A DNA stretch of 64,000 nucleotides from Chrysomallon squamiferum (taxonomy: Eukaryota > Animalia > Mollusca), in contig CM022665.1 of NCBI GenBank assembly GCA_012295275.1, forward strand, positions 32,178,001 through 32,242,000, read 5' to 3'. Shown one piece after another: positions 26,901 to 41,900 of this stretch (position 1 is its first letter; each line of letters opens with the position of its first letter). The translations under genes were made by a program, and so were the position numbers. The notes beneath the pieces are model-generated. The model did no database searches. It saw nothing but the letters and a program-made list of their open reading frames with translations, and had not been told where the DNA came from.

Positions 26901-29900
26901 ATGGTATCTCTCCAGAGAAACTAGCTGCCATGGTTACAGTGTTTGTTTTACCTCCTGACAAAGTTTTTCATTCACTGTCTCACAGTCTCAAGGTTAGTAC
27001 TGAATAATTTTTAAATATTCTTTTCTGATTTTGCAAAGTTTAATTGTTTATTTCAGCAATATTTTGGTGTTTTTTCATCTAAACTCTTGATTTTGAGTGT
27101 ATTTTTTCCAGATGTGCTTCTAACATTAAGATTATTCTAAATATATAGACTTAATAACATAGTCAAAGTCAGATAAAAGGTTTCTGAAAAATGGAGAATT
27201 GTTATTATTATTATATAACTTTAAAGAAGAAATGCATTTTGTTTTGAAGGAAAAAATGACAGAAAAATAGCATCTGCATGTATATTTACACTTACCTACA
27301 TTTTAATGAGCACAAATGCTGTTATTTTCACTTACTATAGTTTGCATATGTATGTATTTAGTTTTAGATACTAACCTATTTTTATGAAACTTTCTGGCTT
27401 GACCATTTTCCATAGAACTGTATGAAAATGTTATAGTAGTATAATGTATAAAAAGATAATCTGTACTAATTATCATAAGCAAATATTAGGATATGTTCCT
27501 CATATGCTTTAATTCTTTAAATGTAAAATAATTTCACCATTAACCATGATTAATTCAGATTTAATTTCTTTACAGCACAAGTCTGCAGTTGTCCGCTGTA
27601 AACTGTTGGAATTGTTAAAACTCTTAGTACAGCGGTCGTCTGGTATTTTACAACACTGCACTATTGCTGCAGCATCATCAGTTAGAGGAAATGAAAACTA
27701 CTGGAATAATGTCTCAGAAGTTTTTCGAACAGCTCTGTTAAAAGTAAAAATAAATTCTTAAAATAATGATCTGATTTTAGAATAACTCACCTTATTCAAC
27801 CACATAAAACTAAGCATATATGCAGAAAGGTAAAGAAATTAAGAAAGAATGTTGATTTGAATGTTTTTATAGTCATTGTTATTATATATATTTTTTTATA
27901 TATTATATAATTTAAAAACACGTTTTTTTTCAGTGTGTACCTGATGAATCTGAACTGTTTACTTGTTGGAAGCTTTTTGCTAGCCCTAATCCTGAAGATA
28001 AAGATCAAGATCAAGGTGAATGAATAAATGTTCCATTATTTTTTATTTTATATGAAATAATTATTTCTTCACAATCATTTTGAAATCATTATTAAAGTGG
28101 GCACTGTGTCCAGTAGTGTTTGAAGAGCACCACCTCTAAGCTCATTAAAATATCTTCACCAAATGCTGTACATAGGTTAATGTTCTGACAAGTGACTGTC
28201 ATTTATATTTTTGTATTTATTTTTAACTTAAATTTCATTATTGAAGCTAATATTATAAATAATTTGCATTTATTACACCTCATAATATAAAAATAATTTT
28301 GCTTTAGATTTGCCTGCAGCTGAACCTTTAGATCAGTTAATTCTGCTGGAGCAAGTTTCCTGTTTGTATCAGGAATTATATCCCTCACTTCTAACTGAGA
28401 ACCATCAGAATTTGACACTACTGTTGGACACAGTTCGAGAATATAGTAAAGATATTTCTCATGAAGAAGATAAAAAGAGAGTTCTGCCACAGCTTTATCT
28501 TCTGAAATTATTAGCAGTGACTGATGCACGGAAATTACCTTGGTCCAAAACAGTAAGATTGTAATTTATTTCACACTTGCATATTTAATGATTTCATTCA
28601 GTGTTCATGGCATCCTTTTACTTTTATTAAATAGAAGCATTTACATTTAAAAACCTCGTAAAAATGTTTTTAACATGAGCACAGTACTGAATTATCTTGA
28701 AATATTTTCGTCATTGGTGCAATATAGGAAGGGAGATTGAATGAATGTGCACTGTTAAAGTAAAATATTCCTGTGTGTCAGTATACATTAATTTAATTTT
28801 TTATTTTTTTTTAATTTAAGCTGAAGGATGGACATACTCTGATGTATCTTCTGTTAGACATGATGTTTCTTGTACAGCACAATGATCAGTTAAAACAGAT
28901 GACACAGAGACTTGTCTGCAAGGTGATTATTGTATTAAGTAGTATTGTAGGTACCGGCAGCCTAGCCGATATAATTGGTTGAAGCTGTTAAAAGTTCAGA
29001 TTTTGTCCATTTTCCTCCACTCACAAATCCCTTCTATAAATCCTACCATAAAAAACAAATACATGTAACTAAAGATCTTTATGTGCTCTTTTAAATGGTG
29101 TTGTTCTTGTTGTATGTTGAATCAGTTCTTTGTACGAGAGTGTTAAAGGCGGTGGTGGTAAACACACTTCAGCACCCGTGGTCAGCAATTAACAGCGTGG
29201 AGTAAAAAGTCCTAAAACAGGGTCGCTCTAAAACACCAGGCTTGTTTTCGCCAAAATGGCTTCAATGTTATTTTTAGCACAGCCAGCAGGGTCAAAGTTC
29301 ATTGTTTCTAACCGTGTGCTTGTCGTCGCTGGCAATGGCTTATATCAAAAGTTGTGTCCAAAAATGTACTTTTTCATGCCTTCAAACCTGTTTTGAAAAA
29401 AACTGGCTGAAAATAAAACCTATGTTCACGGGATCAAATGAAAGATCATTCAATTACCTTTCAAACAATGTGCGACACTGTGGTGTGTCGTCTTTGGCGA
29501 AAACAAGCTCTGCGTTTGAATGTAGCACATGCTTAGCGAAATCGCCATTACATTACATTTTTTTACAGAATGAAATCGCCGTAAATCTTAGGTACAGCTA
29601 GAAAGGTCTGGCGCTGTTTAAAATGATTATATTTATATGTTGTTTATATTTTTAATAACTTGTAGGCTGTTGGTTTTTCTTCAATGTTCTTACTTTTAGC
29701 GTATACATTATAGCACATGCGTAGCGAAAACGCGTTCTGAAATAAATAAAATTAACATTGTTTTGCCGATTACTATCTTCAGTTTAAAACAGTCAATTAT
29801 TTTGCTTTCAAAATTCTTGCGATAAACATCGAATTAAGAATCGTAAACATAACAAACTCTACAACATAATAGAACAATGTATTCAGAGGTATTGATGGAA

Positions 29901-32900
29901 TGCTGAATAAAAATCTAATCATTTTTTTTTAAATGTCTAATCGTAAATTGATCAGTTTTAAAACATTATTTTTGCTTGTTGATAAGCTCTATCAGAGAAA
30001 ATTTTAACAATGGTCAGATGATAGGTCACTTTTGTTTGCTGTCAAATCACAGCAAGTACAAAGCTAAGAAAATTATTTTATGTTTGCTTCAAATGACAGA
30101 CTTATAACACCTGTGTCTTTAATTGCATCTAATCTCATGATTACATACATTTTATTGTCCCTGATTAATACCTGCAACACCTTTCTGGAGTTGACTCCAA
30201 GGATTAGCTGAGTTTATGTATGGCAAAGGATTATGGTTAAACATCAAATGCTTGTGGACATTTTAAGTAACATTTATATATATGTGATATATACACATCA
30301 CATTATCTTAACTTATTACTACCAATTATTTAACTGAGTGAAAATTGAAGCTGCTTATGTAAATAAAGTTGTGCTGTTGTATATAAATTGAAAAAGTATT
30401 TTTTTTTTTTTTTTTATTACAAATGTTAAATTTCTAGTATGTCATTTGAAAGATCTTGATAAATTGTTCACAACACAGGTTGAATTTGTCAGATAAGACA
30501 AAAACTGAAACCACAGTGTCTATTTGAACTTTTAGTCGTTCTGCCATGTGTCATTTTGAAGATTTTGGCATGTTCAACATGTTATTGTGAACACACATAC
30601 AAACATACAGGTCTGGAAAAAAATTGAGCTCATTTAGCAAGTTGGTCTCATCACTCTTGTTGATATTCAGCCTTTTGTGTCGATTACTTTTCAAACTACA
30701 GTTGTCCAAAATAGCCCTTTCTGCTAATTAGCCAAAATAGGGCTAAAAAACAACCAAATACCTGTCGTACCAATCTGCATATATCTTTTTAACCGCTGGA
30801 GAGAGAGTCATAATTTTTTCTTTGTTTTCATTGTTTTTGCTACAGCTTTCGTTATGTGCTATTTTTGGTACCTAAGTATTGTATTTAGAATTTGAAGATA
30901 TTGTTTGTTTTTTACTGTGCCACTTCAGTGTGTAGATTTCAGTTGTGTATGTATTTCTAAATTGACAGTGTAATTCAGAACATAAAGGTAATATTGTCAA
31001 TATATAAATGAAATGGTTCCTGAATATGTTAAATGATCTTGGCTTAACAGAATGAAATTGGAAGTTTAAAAACAATTTATAATATTGTTCATAAAATTAT
31101 TTAACAGTAACATTTTATTTACTTTTATTGAAATTTATCAGAAACAGTACCATATTATTTTTCTAATTACTCCAGTTGTAATTTTACTATTTGTCTCTAT
31201 CTTGTTATTCAAAATTGATTTATCAATCATTTTAAAATATTTTATTGATCTTTAATCTTCTTTTATATTTCAGCTTTTAGTGAAAACAAATTTATTTGAA
31301 GGGACGGAGAAAGAGTTGGAGATTTGGTTTCATCATTTTTCTAAACAGCTAGAACATGACAATTCTACTGAAGTATTAAAATTCATGTCCCAGATACTGA
31401 CAACATTTCTCAGTAATCCTTTTCCTTACATAGACAAAGTGACTGAATTACTGGCAGAGAGCACCTCACAGCTGGATACTAGCAGTCCTGCAGACACAAG
31501 GAGTGTAGGTACAGCAGAAAGTGCTATAGATGGTAAGATTTTATTAGTGTTATAATTCTGTACTTTGTATTGGCTGTAGTTTATTGGTTGGAGTTCTAGC
31601 AACATGTATGAGAGTGTGCAGGATCTAATCTTCTTAGTTTACCATTTTTCCAGTTAGTGGCTCATGGTTGGTTTGTCAAATGCTGTGATATATCTTTACC
31701 AATATTATTAGATGATTATTTATAATAAAAAAAACAACAGATTTGGTCTTAAAATACCTTTCTGCTAACTGAAAAGTAAAAACCATATCTAACAGCAGTT
31801 GCTTTCTTCTTTTCTTTTATATCATTTAATAAATTATAAGAACAATCGTTAAACCAATATTGCTTCATTTATTTTTTATTGCAAAATTTGTGGCTGTACA
31901 TTTGTTTTCTCGGTTTAACTGTATAGCTGAAAATATGTTTCTAATGCTATTATAAATTTTAGTGGAACACTTGATTTTATTTGAAAAATCTATTATTGTT
32001 ACTTTGTTCATATTATTATTATTACTGTTTTCATTATTCATGAAAATTACAACATTTTATTTTGGATTTCAGCAATACTAGAAATGGATGAGGAGGACTT
32101 TCTGATGTTAGACCACTCTAGTATCATTAAAAATGATATTTTTCAATCCAGTCCTAAGTATTTATAGTTCAGTTATGTAATATTAAAATAAAATTTATTA
32201 ACAGCTTTTTGCTAAAGAGAACAATTTAAATTTTTATTTTTGTATTAATAGCTTTTTTCAAATCTACATTTGTTCTGTATTTGTAATGAAATATTAATCA
32301 AGCATAACAAACCTTTACATTTTTACCTTTAATATTATGTCTTCCCATATTTAAGATATTCTCTTTTGTAAAACATAAAAAGGAACAATACTTATATTGA
32401 AAACTTTCACAGAATGTTACTGTTCACATTATATTTGCAGGCTTCCTTTCAGTCCAGTTGTTTTGATTTCTTTGGAGAACTTTTCAGCATCTGAAGACTT
32501 AAAAAAATCATCTGCATGTGAGTGTTATAGCCTGATATATTTCAGTATAAAAATTTAAACTTGAATATATCCAGTTCCATTTCCTAAAATCTTTGTAATT
32601 AGATAACTCATTTTAATAGAAAAGAAACAAATCCATTTTAATTATATTTATTATTCTCTTTCAAGTCATAATTTTGTTTAATACAGTAATATTAATTCTG
32701 GTTAATAAAATGTATAAAATAATAAAATTTTATTCAGAACATAATTATAATTTCATTTCAGCATACTGTCAGTGTTACTTTAAACAAAACTTTTATTTCT
32801 GTCAATTTTGTTTTCTGTTATTATATTGGTAAAAAATATTGCCTGATCAAAATGAATTTGTATTTTCAGTGCAGAGTTTTCTGTGTACAGCATTACTTGA

Positions 32901-35900
32901 CATCTTTCACACTCAGTTAGATCCAGTTCCTCTTAGTCTGCTGTTAGAACAATACCAGTGTGTACTAGAAAACAGAAGTGAAATCCTCTACATCATGTCA
33001 TGGAGTCCAAACACCAAAGTTTGTTACATTTAGTATCTTTAATTTCTTAGGACACTTTTCATCATCCTCAATGTTTTAATCTGAAACAAACTGTTTACTG
33101 TTTTAGATTCCCATCTAAATTGGTTTATATTTCTGTGTTTGAAGAATAATACAAATGCAGTTGTGATTGATTACTATTTGATTTGTTATATCCAAAGATT
33201 CTACTTACATTCCTGTTAATATTATGATGGAAAATCTTTTTTTTTTTTTTTTTATAAATTGCTTAAATTTTTAAATTATTTTTATGTTCTTCAACACTTA
33301 TTAACAGAATGTTAACAATACAATAGTTACAGAAACCAAAAAATAAATATTTCAATCTTTTTCCTTTTGCTTTGCTGTTCAGGTTGTTTCATGGAAACCA
33401 TCAAAAGAAATGAAGCAGTCTAAGTCTCTGAGTGAACTGTTAATGTGTGTACAAGCCAGTGATTTTGTGATGAATTCCAAGTTTGAACAAAGACTGAATT
33501 CAGCAGTTTCCAGTTTAGTACAGCAAAAGTCAGTGAATATCACACAGCAGATTTTACTTCTTGTCAGAAAAATCATTGATGACAGATTTGAACAGGTTAT
33601 TATATTTTTTTCCATTCTAATTCTATTATTATTATTTCTCACTGAACCATTTCTTTATATGTTATTATTATTATTATTTTTATTATTATTATTATTATTA
33701 TTGTATGTTTATATGTTTATATAAAGAAAAGCTATTCTTGATTAGTTGTGTTTTTGTAACTAACAATAGCATATTTTACATCATCTTGTTCAGTGTTTAA
33801 AATATTTATTCATAATGATGTCTTACTAAAAAGATTTATAATCAATATTTCTGTGCGTTTAATATATGGATAATATAACTTTCATTTCTAGATGTATGAA
33901 AAATCTCAAGAACTGCTTAAGATGTTGTTTGGTCTTTTGAAGAACATAAAGGATAATTTACTGAAATTGACTGAAAAGACTACTATTTGTAACAAATTGT
34001 CTGAGATGAAAGAATTTGATTTGTTGGATGCAGCAGAAATGACAGCAGATGAATCTCTAGCAGAAGTAATAAACACAGTTTTGAAACATCCATACATAGA
34101 GAAATGGTTTCTCTTTAATCGCAGTATCATGAATAGCACTAAGCTGAAACCAAGCTCTGAAAAAATACTGAGTCAGCTTGTCACAGAAAACTTCATTCAG
34201 TTGTTAGATAATTTCCCATCTTCTTTGTCGTCTGGTGTTAACAGATACTTGAAGACATACTGTGATAAAATTAACAATGCTTTGGATACTATCCAAACAG
34301 GAAAATCATCCATGTATGAATGTTCTGTTGTTTTGAAAAGCATGGCTGTTATTGTAAAACATGTTGTGTACTGTCAGCAGATTAAATCTTTGAATACTCT
34401 ATTAGATTTCTCTATCAGTTACTTAATTAGTGATGGCAAAATAAAGAAACTTTCTAAAGCAGGCAAACTTGTGGTTCAGCTAGCTACTGCCACAATATCA
34501 GACAAAGAGAAGGTTATGAGACAAGGAAAACAACTCTCATTGAAGAAAATGGCAACCATATTTGATTTGCTGACAGTTGCACCTGATTCATCTCTAGAAG
34601 ATTACTGCTGTCAAGTACTAAAGATGGAGGAATCTTATACCATTGTGGTTAGCAAGGATCTTTTCAGTGGATTGCTTGGTGAACTATCAGAGAAACGAAT
34701 ACAAATTATTCAAAGTGTTTTAATTCACAATGTTGCCTGTCGATTACTGTTTGAAAACTGGATAACAGAAAATGAGAACAATAAAGACAAATTATTGCTT
34801 GCAAAACTTGTCAAAGTTTATCTGATGACTTTGAAGGAAAAGTCTCAGTATGAAGGTAAATGAACTCTTTGTTATCATTAATAGTTTATTTATATTCTGA
34901 CTATCTTGTATACCCAGCAGATTTATCTACAGTTCTGATAGCATTTACTTTTATTATGCACAAATACCAGCTTCATAAAAATTGTTATAGGTTAAAATCA
35001 AAATGTATTATGATTATAACAGCACATTTTCTAAAATATAGTGACATGTTCAATCTTGAAATCTTGAAAAGTAATTGATAGTGATGTAATGCATTGTAGA
35101 TTTGTTTGAAATGAACATATATATTTGTTTTAGCTCCAGATACCAAAGCTTGTTTAGATACAATCAGAAGAATATACATGAAGAAGAAAACTGATATCAT
35201 CTCAGAAAATTCAGTCTGTTTGGAAATTATCCATCTTCTGATGAAAATTGAAGTTCTAGGTAAGAGAAAAATTATTGTTTGGGTAATTTCAGTACTTGAA
35301 ACATTTTATACTTTTTTTAAAAAGAAACTTTTAAATAATTTTTTTTTTTTTTATTGCTTAATATCTTTCTTTTGTAGTTGCATATAAAATATTTTTATAT
35401 ACATGTGTATGTATCATAACATGTTTAATTGTATGTATATGTGTATAAACAAAATAATATATTTCCTGTCTTTAATAGATGATGCCACGCTACTGAATAT
35501 TTGGAATACAATCTCACAAGCTGTAGAAAGTGGATCCAGTGTGAAATCTGAACATGTTAATATGATTGATCTTGTTTACAAAAGACTGAGTCTGACAGAT
35601 CCAAGTTGTAACAAAGAGCAGGTTCTCTTTCTTTTGATGAAAATTCTCAAGAACAGTGCAGCCAGAAAAACTGAAAGGAATGTGATGTTTGAGGATAATT
35701 TGCTTTCACTTATAAAACAATTGTTGCAGGTAGGTTTATCACCTTTCTGTGTGTATATGTGACTGTACAGCTGCTTATGGAGTTTAAGTGTGAGATAATG
35801 AGTGACCAACAGATAGATTGTTTTTTTTTTTTCTACCTAGTTTCTAATCTCATTGGATGTTAAATTACTTTATATATATTTTTATATTTTTTTATACTTT

Positions 35901-38900
35901 TCTTGTAGTCTGGTATGTCACTTGTAGACCAGGAGATCAAAGTCTTTTGGAGTCAGTTTGTGAAGATGACACTGAAGTAAGATAAAGATAAATCTTGATT
36001 ATTAATTTGAAATGCTGGTTTTTAATCTCTTGAGTACTTTCAGTAACCACAAAACCTTATAATAGAACTTCTGTATCTTACAATTATTTCATAGGTACAT
36101 GATGACACCTTTGTATTATATTGTCTACAATAGATAAATCTTTGCTGTTTCATGGCCATCCCCACAGTGATAATCATGAGGTCAAATAAAAATTAACAAA
36201 TAAGAATTATAAAGTCATAGAACTTTATTTTCTTCAAATTTATTATTATTAAATAGCAGAAGTCTTGCTACATCAGCAATGGCAGCAATATCTGCCACCC
36301 GTTTATTTAGACTGGCTGTCATGTCACTGTTTTGCACTTTTGGGGTCAGCAGTACACAGGCCTTGTCCCTAAACAAAATTGAAGTAATCCGATTCTGATT
36401 GTTCAAAGTACTTGTACCCTGAACATTTTCAGTACCATCCCTTCATTTAATGTGCAGCAATTCTGCTGATTCCTGCCATCCCTTTCACAAATGCTGGCAA
36501 GACCATTGAATAGTGATAATTTGCTTTAGAAGCCTAATATAAAATTTTCTTAATTTATTTAATAACAGTATGGTGGATTTTAATCATCTTTCTCTACTTT
36601 TAATTTAATTTTGTTTTTTAATAAGATTTAATCTTTAAATTATCAGATCCTTATATTTGAATCCTGGACTACTGAATATTTTGTCTCACATACTGCCATT
36701 GGTGTACACAGAGTCAGGTGATATTTCTCTGCCATTAAAATCTCTCCATGAAATGGTGATGACTCACTCTCAGTTTCTGACAGTCATGTTTGGTGATCAT
36801 AATGATGGAATTAAAGGTGAGATAACCTTTGTAATTCTAACTCAATTAATTGTGTTTAGATTTGTCTAAACAAACTAAATCAGTTTCTGTTTAATAATGT
36901 TTAAAACCAAGAACTTGAATACACATGATTATGGATATTTCTTTTAATAAAGGTTTTATCTTTAGTAGCATAATCCTTTAACATTTTAAAAATGTTTCAT
37001 TGTTTTATGACATTCACAAGTACCTCAAAAGTTCACATAACAGTATAAACAATTTAGTAACAATAATAAAGTCTGAAGATAAAAATTAAAAGTAAAAATT
37101 ATTTTGTAGAAAGCCTTGTGTCTCTGTTGGTGGACTTGGTAGAGAGATGTCCAGAATGCTGTTCTTCATCTCACTGTGGTCTACTGCTTGGATCTTACAA
37201 TGCTTCACTCTCTTTCACTGGTAAACGTTTCCAGGGATTAGTTAATCCAAACAGTCACAGAAAAACAATGGTTTTAAGATGTAAAATTTCTCTCATTGAA
37301 GTGAATGTCTTATCTGTAACAAAACTGAAAGAATAAATATTCATGTATTGCAGAATTTTAAAGTCTTTTGGTTAAATATAGCATGCTAATTTTCCATGGG
37401 ACTTAATATATAATATTTCACAGTCAGAAAATTTGAAGATATTTATATTGCTGTTGTAAATAGAAAATATATTACTGTTAAGTTTTAAATAGGCCATATT
37501 CAAGTTAACTTTGAGGATTTTTATTATTCATTCTTATAAAACAGATCAGAAGATTCTCAAGTTGATTTACCTATATGACCTGAATGGAAAATGGCTTGAA
37601 GAAAATAGGTGAGAAAATGTTAAAGTTGCAACTTATGTTAAAAGGTGATGATAACTTAACAATAACTACATACTGGTTTGGTTGTAAAAAACAATATGTG
37701 ATTTTTGTTTTTGTTTTGTTCAAGCTGTAATAATCATGTTTAAGAACAGTATTTGAAAATAAAGTAAAATATTTTAGAAGACAAAAATAGCTTATCAAAC
37801 GGAAAACTGAAAGTTGCAAAACATAAATTTACAATAGGTTTTTTTTCCTTTTACTTAATTCTTTCATTATTTTCAGAATTAAAATAATATAAGAAGATTA
37901 TTTTTCATTTTCAGGCCATTTCTTTGGGGTCCAAAAGCAATAGAAAATTACTCTGCCAGGAAAAATCTTGGCCTGTCACTGTGGAAACACCCATCCATGG
38001 AACAAACCATTGACAACCTGGATGTTAAGAAGATGTACCAGTCCATTCTTCATTTTCCTTTAAGAAGAAACATTGTGGTAGAATAAATATTTAGATTAAA
38101 TTATTTGTTTTATACAGTTATTGTTATAGTTCTAGTTTTCTTATTATCACTTAATGAACTTAAATGGAAACATAAATTATCATATTAACTGGAACTGTGG
38201 AGATCTGACTGTTGCAGTCAGGGTTGTATTTTCATTATCTGTAATCTTGAATTATTTTCTTTTTTTGTATGTTGAAGTGTAATCAGTATTATTTAAAAAA
38301 TGGAGGAAAAGCATTGTCTTTTCAGTTTTATAAAAGAAATTCATTAAATTTGTAATTTTTATCATCCTTAATTTAATAACACAATACCTTTTGGAATTAT
38401 ATATTTTTACATTTTATAAAACATTACAGTGAAAGATGTTAATTTTTAAGGCAACAAAACCACCCCAGATTATTAATACATGTCTGTTTAGATATTGCTT
38501 CTTTTAATTTTTTATATATTTAAAGTATAATTTTGGTTTATTTAACACAAATTTCAGCCTGATAGAGTTGGTACAGTTGAAGAGTTGCAGTCTGAAGCTG
38601 ATGTGTATGATCCTTGTTTTCTTCTACCTCTGTTTAGCATCATTCTGTCTCCAGGTATATAATTTAATTTTTAAGATATTTCTTAATATTTTACATGAAC
38701 AAAGTTGTGAAATTAATCTAAAAGATATACAAAAATTGAATTTACATCAAGACCACACTCCCTGTTTTGTTGTTCTAACTAAAATTTGTTATCAATCTTA
38801 TCTAAATTAATAATTGACTAATCTGTATATAGTCAGAAAGAAAAATATTTGATGAGTTTTTAAATACACATATCTAATTAATTATTCTTTATCTTTTTTT

Positions 38901-41900
38901 TTGTACAATTTGTAAAATGTAATACTTAATTGTTTTTTATTTTATTTTTTTGGAGGTTACGTCTACTATTTAAAGTGATCTCTAGTTTCATATTAATTTT
39001 ATGATTTAATGAAACTTGTATCAGAACTAATTTTAATTTACCTTATTATTATCCTATATAAAATTTTGTCTAATTTATTTTTTCACAGATGTAGTAGTGA
39101 ATTGTCGCAAATTTGTAGAAAATCACTGTCTTGGTTACACATTTGCTGCTTTGAGTAGTCATGTGTCTGATGTCAGACGTGCTGCCTATCATGTACTGGC
39201 AGAGTTCACCAGTCATCTTGAAGGGTCTCCTATGAAGGAAAAAGTTCAGATCATGTGTATTCTGGATCTGCTGAGAAACAGCTGCCAGGAGGCCAATGTA
39301 AAACTGGCTTGTATTATTACAGTATTCTTAGCCAAGGCAGCCAGACTACAACTAAATACAGGTTATTATTTTTATTATCATCCTTATTACCATTATCATT
39401 ATTAATATCATTATCATATTATTATTATTGTTATTGCATTGTTTTTTGTTTTCTGTGGTTTTCCTATTCTCTACTTGTTATATAAACATTATTTATTTTA
39501 ATTTTTTATTTTAGGTGAACATATGTATCGAGTCATCAACTCCTTCTTAACAATAAAGCCCGACCTGGATATAACCAATGTACCAGAATTCTACAAACTG
39601 TTCCGTAGTTCAGTTCTGGAGGTAAATTAAGCAAATAAGTAGTATTCTTGTGACAGTGATAGTAAATATTGTGATTATATATCTATTGATCTTCACTAAA
39701 ATTAAAAATATTACAGTATTAGACCATTTATGAAATTATCAGATTCAAGTTATTTACTTTGTCATTGCTGTGTTCATTAAGCATGTGCAGAAAATTTTCA
39801 TTATCATAATGAATAAGAATGATTTAAAATAACAAACGTTTTTGCACAGGATCACAAGGATTAGCTTAAAAGTTTTTCTATTATAATTTCACTGTTTTAT
39901 TTAACTACTGTTTTTGAAATTTATAAAAAATAAAAATATATTCTTATATTTGTTGTCATAGATTAAAAAAGATTGATTGTGGGATATAATTTTTATATTT
40001 AAATTCTCTTCTGGAAATTTACATATTGGTTATATGCCTATATAAATGCAAATATTTTTTATCTTGTTCCAGTTCAGAGAAGATCGGTCATGGATTTTAT
40101 CTCTGTTGGTTGATGGTCTGCGTGACACAGCAGACTACAGGGTCATGGAAAGACGATTCACTTTCAAACTTCTCCTGACATTGCATGATTCAGCTCTCAG
40201 TGATAATCAGTGCCAGGTGTTTATAAATATTAAAATATCTGTGAGAAACACTAGCTCACTTAGCTTAGTAGATTTGTATTTTGAAGAACCAGTTTGATTG
40301 ATGTGTTTTAAAATTGTCATGAAAGATCAAAAGCATGATTATCTTACAATAAGTAATGACACAGTAAATCTCTAAAAAATATAACAAATACAATGTTCAG
40401 TCTGCTAAGTCAAGATCATTTGGAAATTTTATGAAGTTTCAAAAAAAGAAAACAAGTATAACAATAGGATAAATATTTCAATACATTTTTGTTTCAGTAT
40501 TGTTAAATAATTGATTTATACTTTGGTCATAAATACACACACTCAAAATGAACTGATTTTCTTCCATCAAGGTTCAAGTTTTGAAGATTGTGAAGTCAGC
40601 TTGTTCAGTGAAAACTGTTGCCTCTGATCTGGTCAAAACACATGGATTGGTTACTTGGCTGCATTCAGTTATCTTGTCAATGTAAGAACTTTATTTAGTA
40701 TTTCTAATGAAAAATTAAATAAATAAATAAAATCTCCCTGTACAGTTGCTGATCAACAATTAATTCTTCTGTTTTAATGTTTAAAAATAATTTGTCTTGC
40801 AGACAGTTTTAAAATAATATATAACTAGATAAATGGTAATAAATATCTAAATCTAGAGAAAGTTGCCTTCCATAACTTTAATAACATTATCATTATCATC
40901 ATCAACACTGTTATTGAAAAACGTATTTATGGAGCTGTGACAGCTTGAAATAAACAGATTATTTATATTATAGACAAAATATTCATCAGAACAATCTAGC
41001 ATCATTTTGGAATACTCATTGAATGAGAGGCAATACATTTTTTGTTTGTATTTATCTTCAGGAAGCCTGAGAAGGAAGCTCTCATTGCTGACATTTTACA
41101 CACACTTTGGTTCACTCTACTGGCACAATGGAAGACATCATCAGAAGAGAAACAGAAGAATGTTTTGCCATTGAAACTTAGTAGAGAACTTCTTTTATGT
41201 GTAAAAAGCTTTATACAGAATTGTGGGTAAGTATGATTTTACTGATATGTTAATATTGGGAATAATTAATTTAAACGCTTGATGGTTTAATATAAATAAT
41301 GAGTTTGTTTCTTCATTTGGAATGCATCTCACTTAACATTATCGTTGAAGAATAATGTAATTGGTTGTGATATTAGTAATTCTTATTTAAATAACTGAGA
41401 ATGCAAAACTGTTATAAATGGCTTCTGTATTTAAAATTATTATATATATATTTATTTATATGTATATATATATATATGCATATGTGTGTGTGTAATACTT
41501 AAGGAAAATTATATTAGTTCTAATGTCATATTGTGAACCTAAATCAAATAATTCAGAATAAATCGTTTCAAAATATTTACCAAGAATCTAAGTTTAGTTT
41601 TCATTTTGAATGACAGTCAGTGTGGTCAGAAATTTGAAATTTGAAATAAGTATTTCACTTATTTTCAGGAATTGTAGCAAGACAGCTTTGTTACAGTTGC
41701 TGGAAGTTATGATATCAACTATTCATAACATAAACACTGTGACTGGAAAGCTTCATGCACAGGGTCATCTTGTCGATCTAGAGACGGTCACTTTAAAAGA
41801 TGTCTGTTTTATCTTGCTTCATGGAGCAAGACATCTTCATCAGAATGATATCATTACTTACACAACTAACATTATCAATCATCTTGGATATGAACCAAAT

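Noticed and set aside
29302-29601. 99-aa ORF inside the URB1 intronic element as a transposase
   Set aside because: Non-ATG start and no recognisable transposase motifs.
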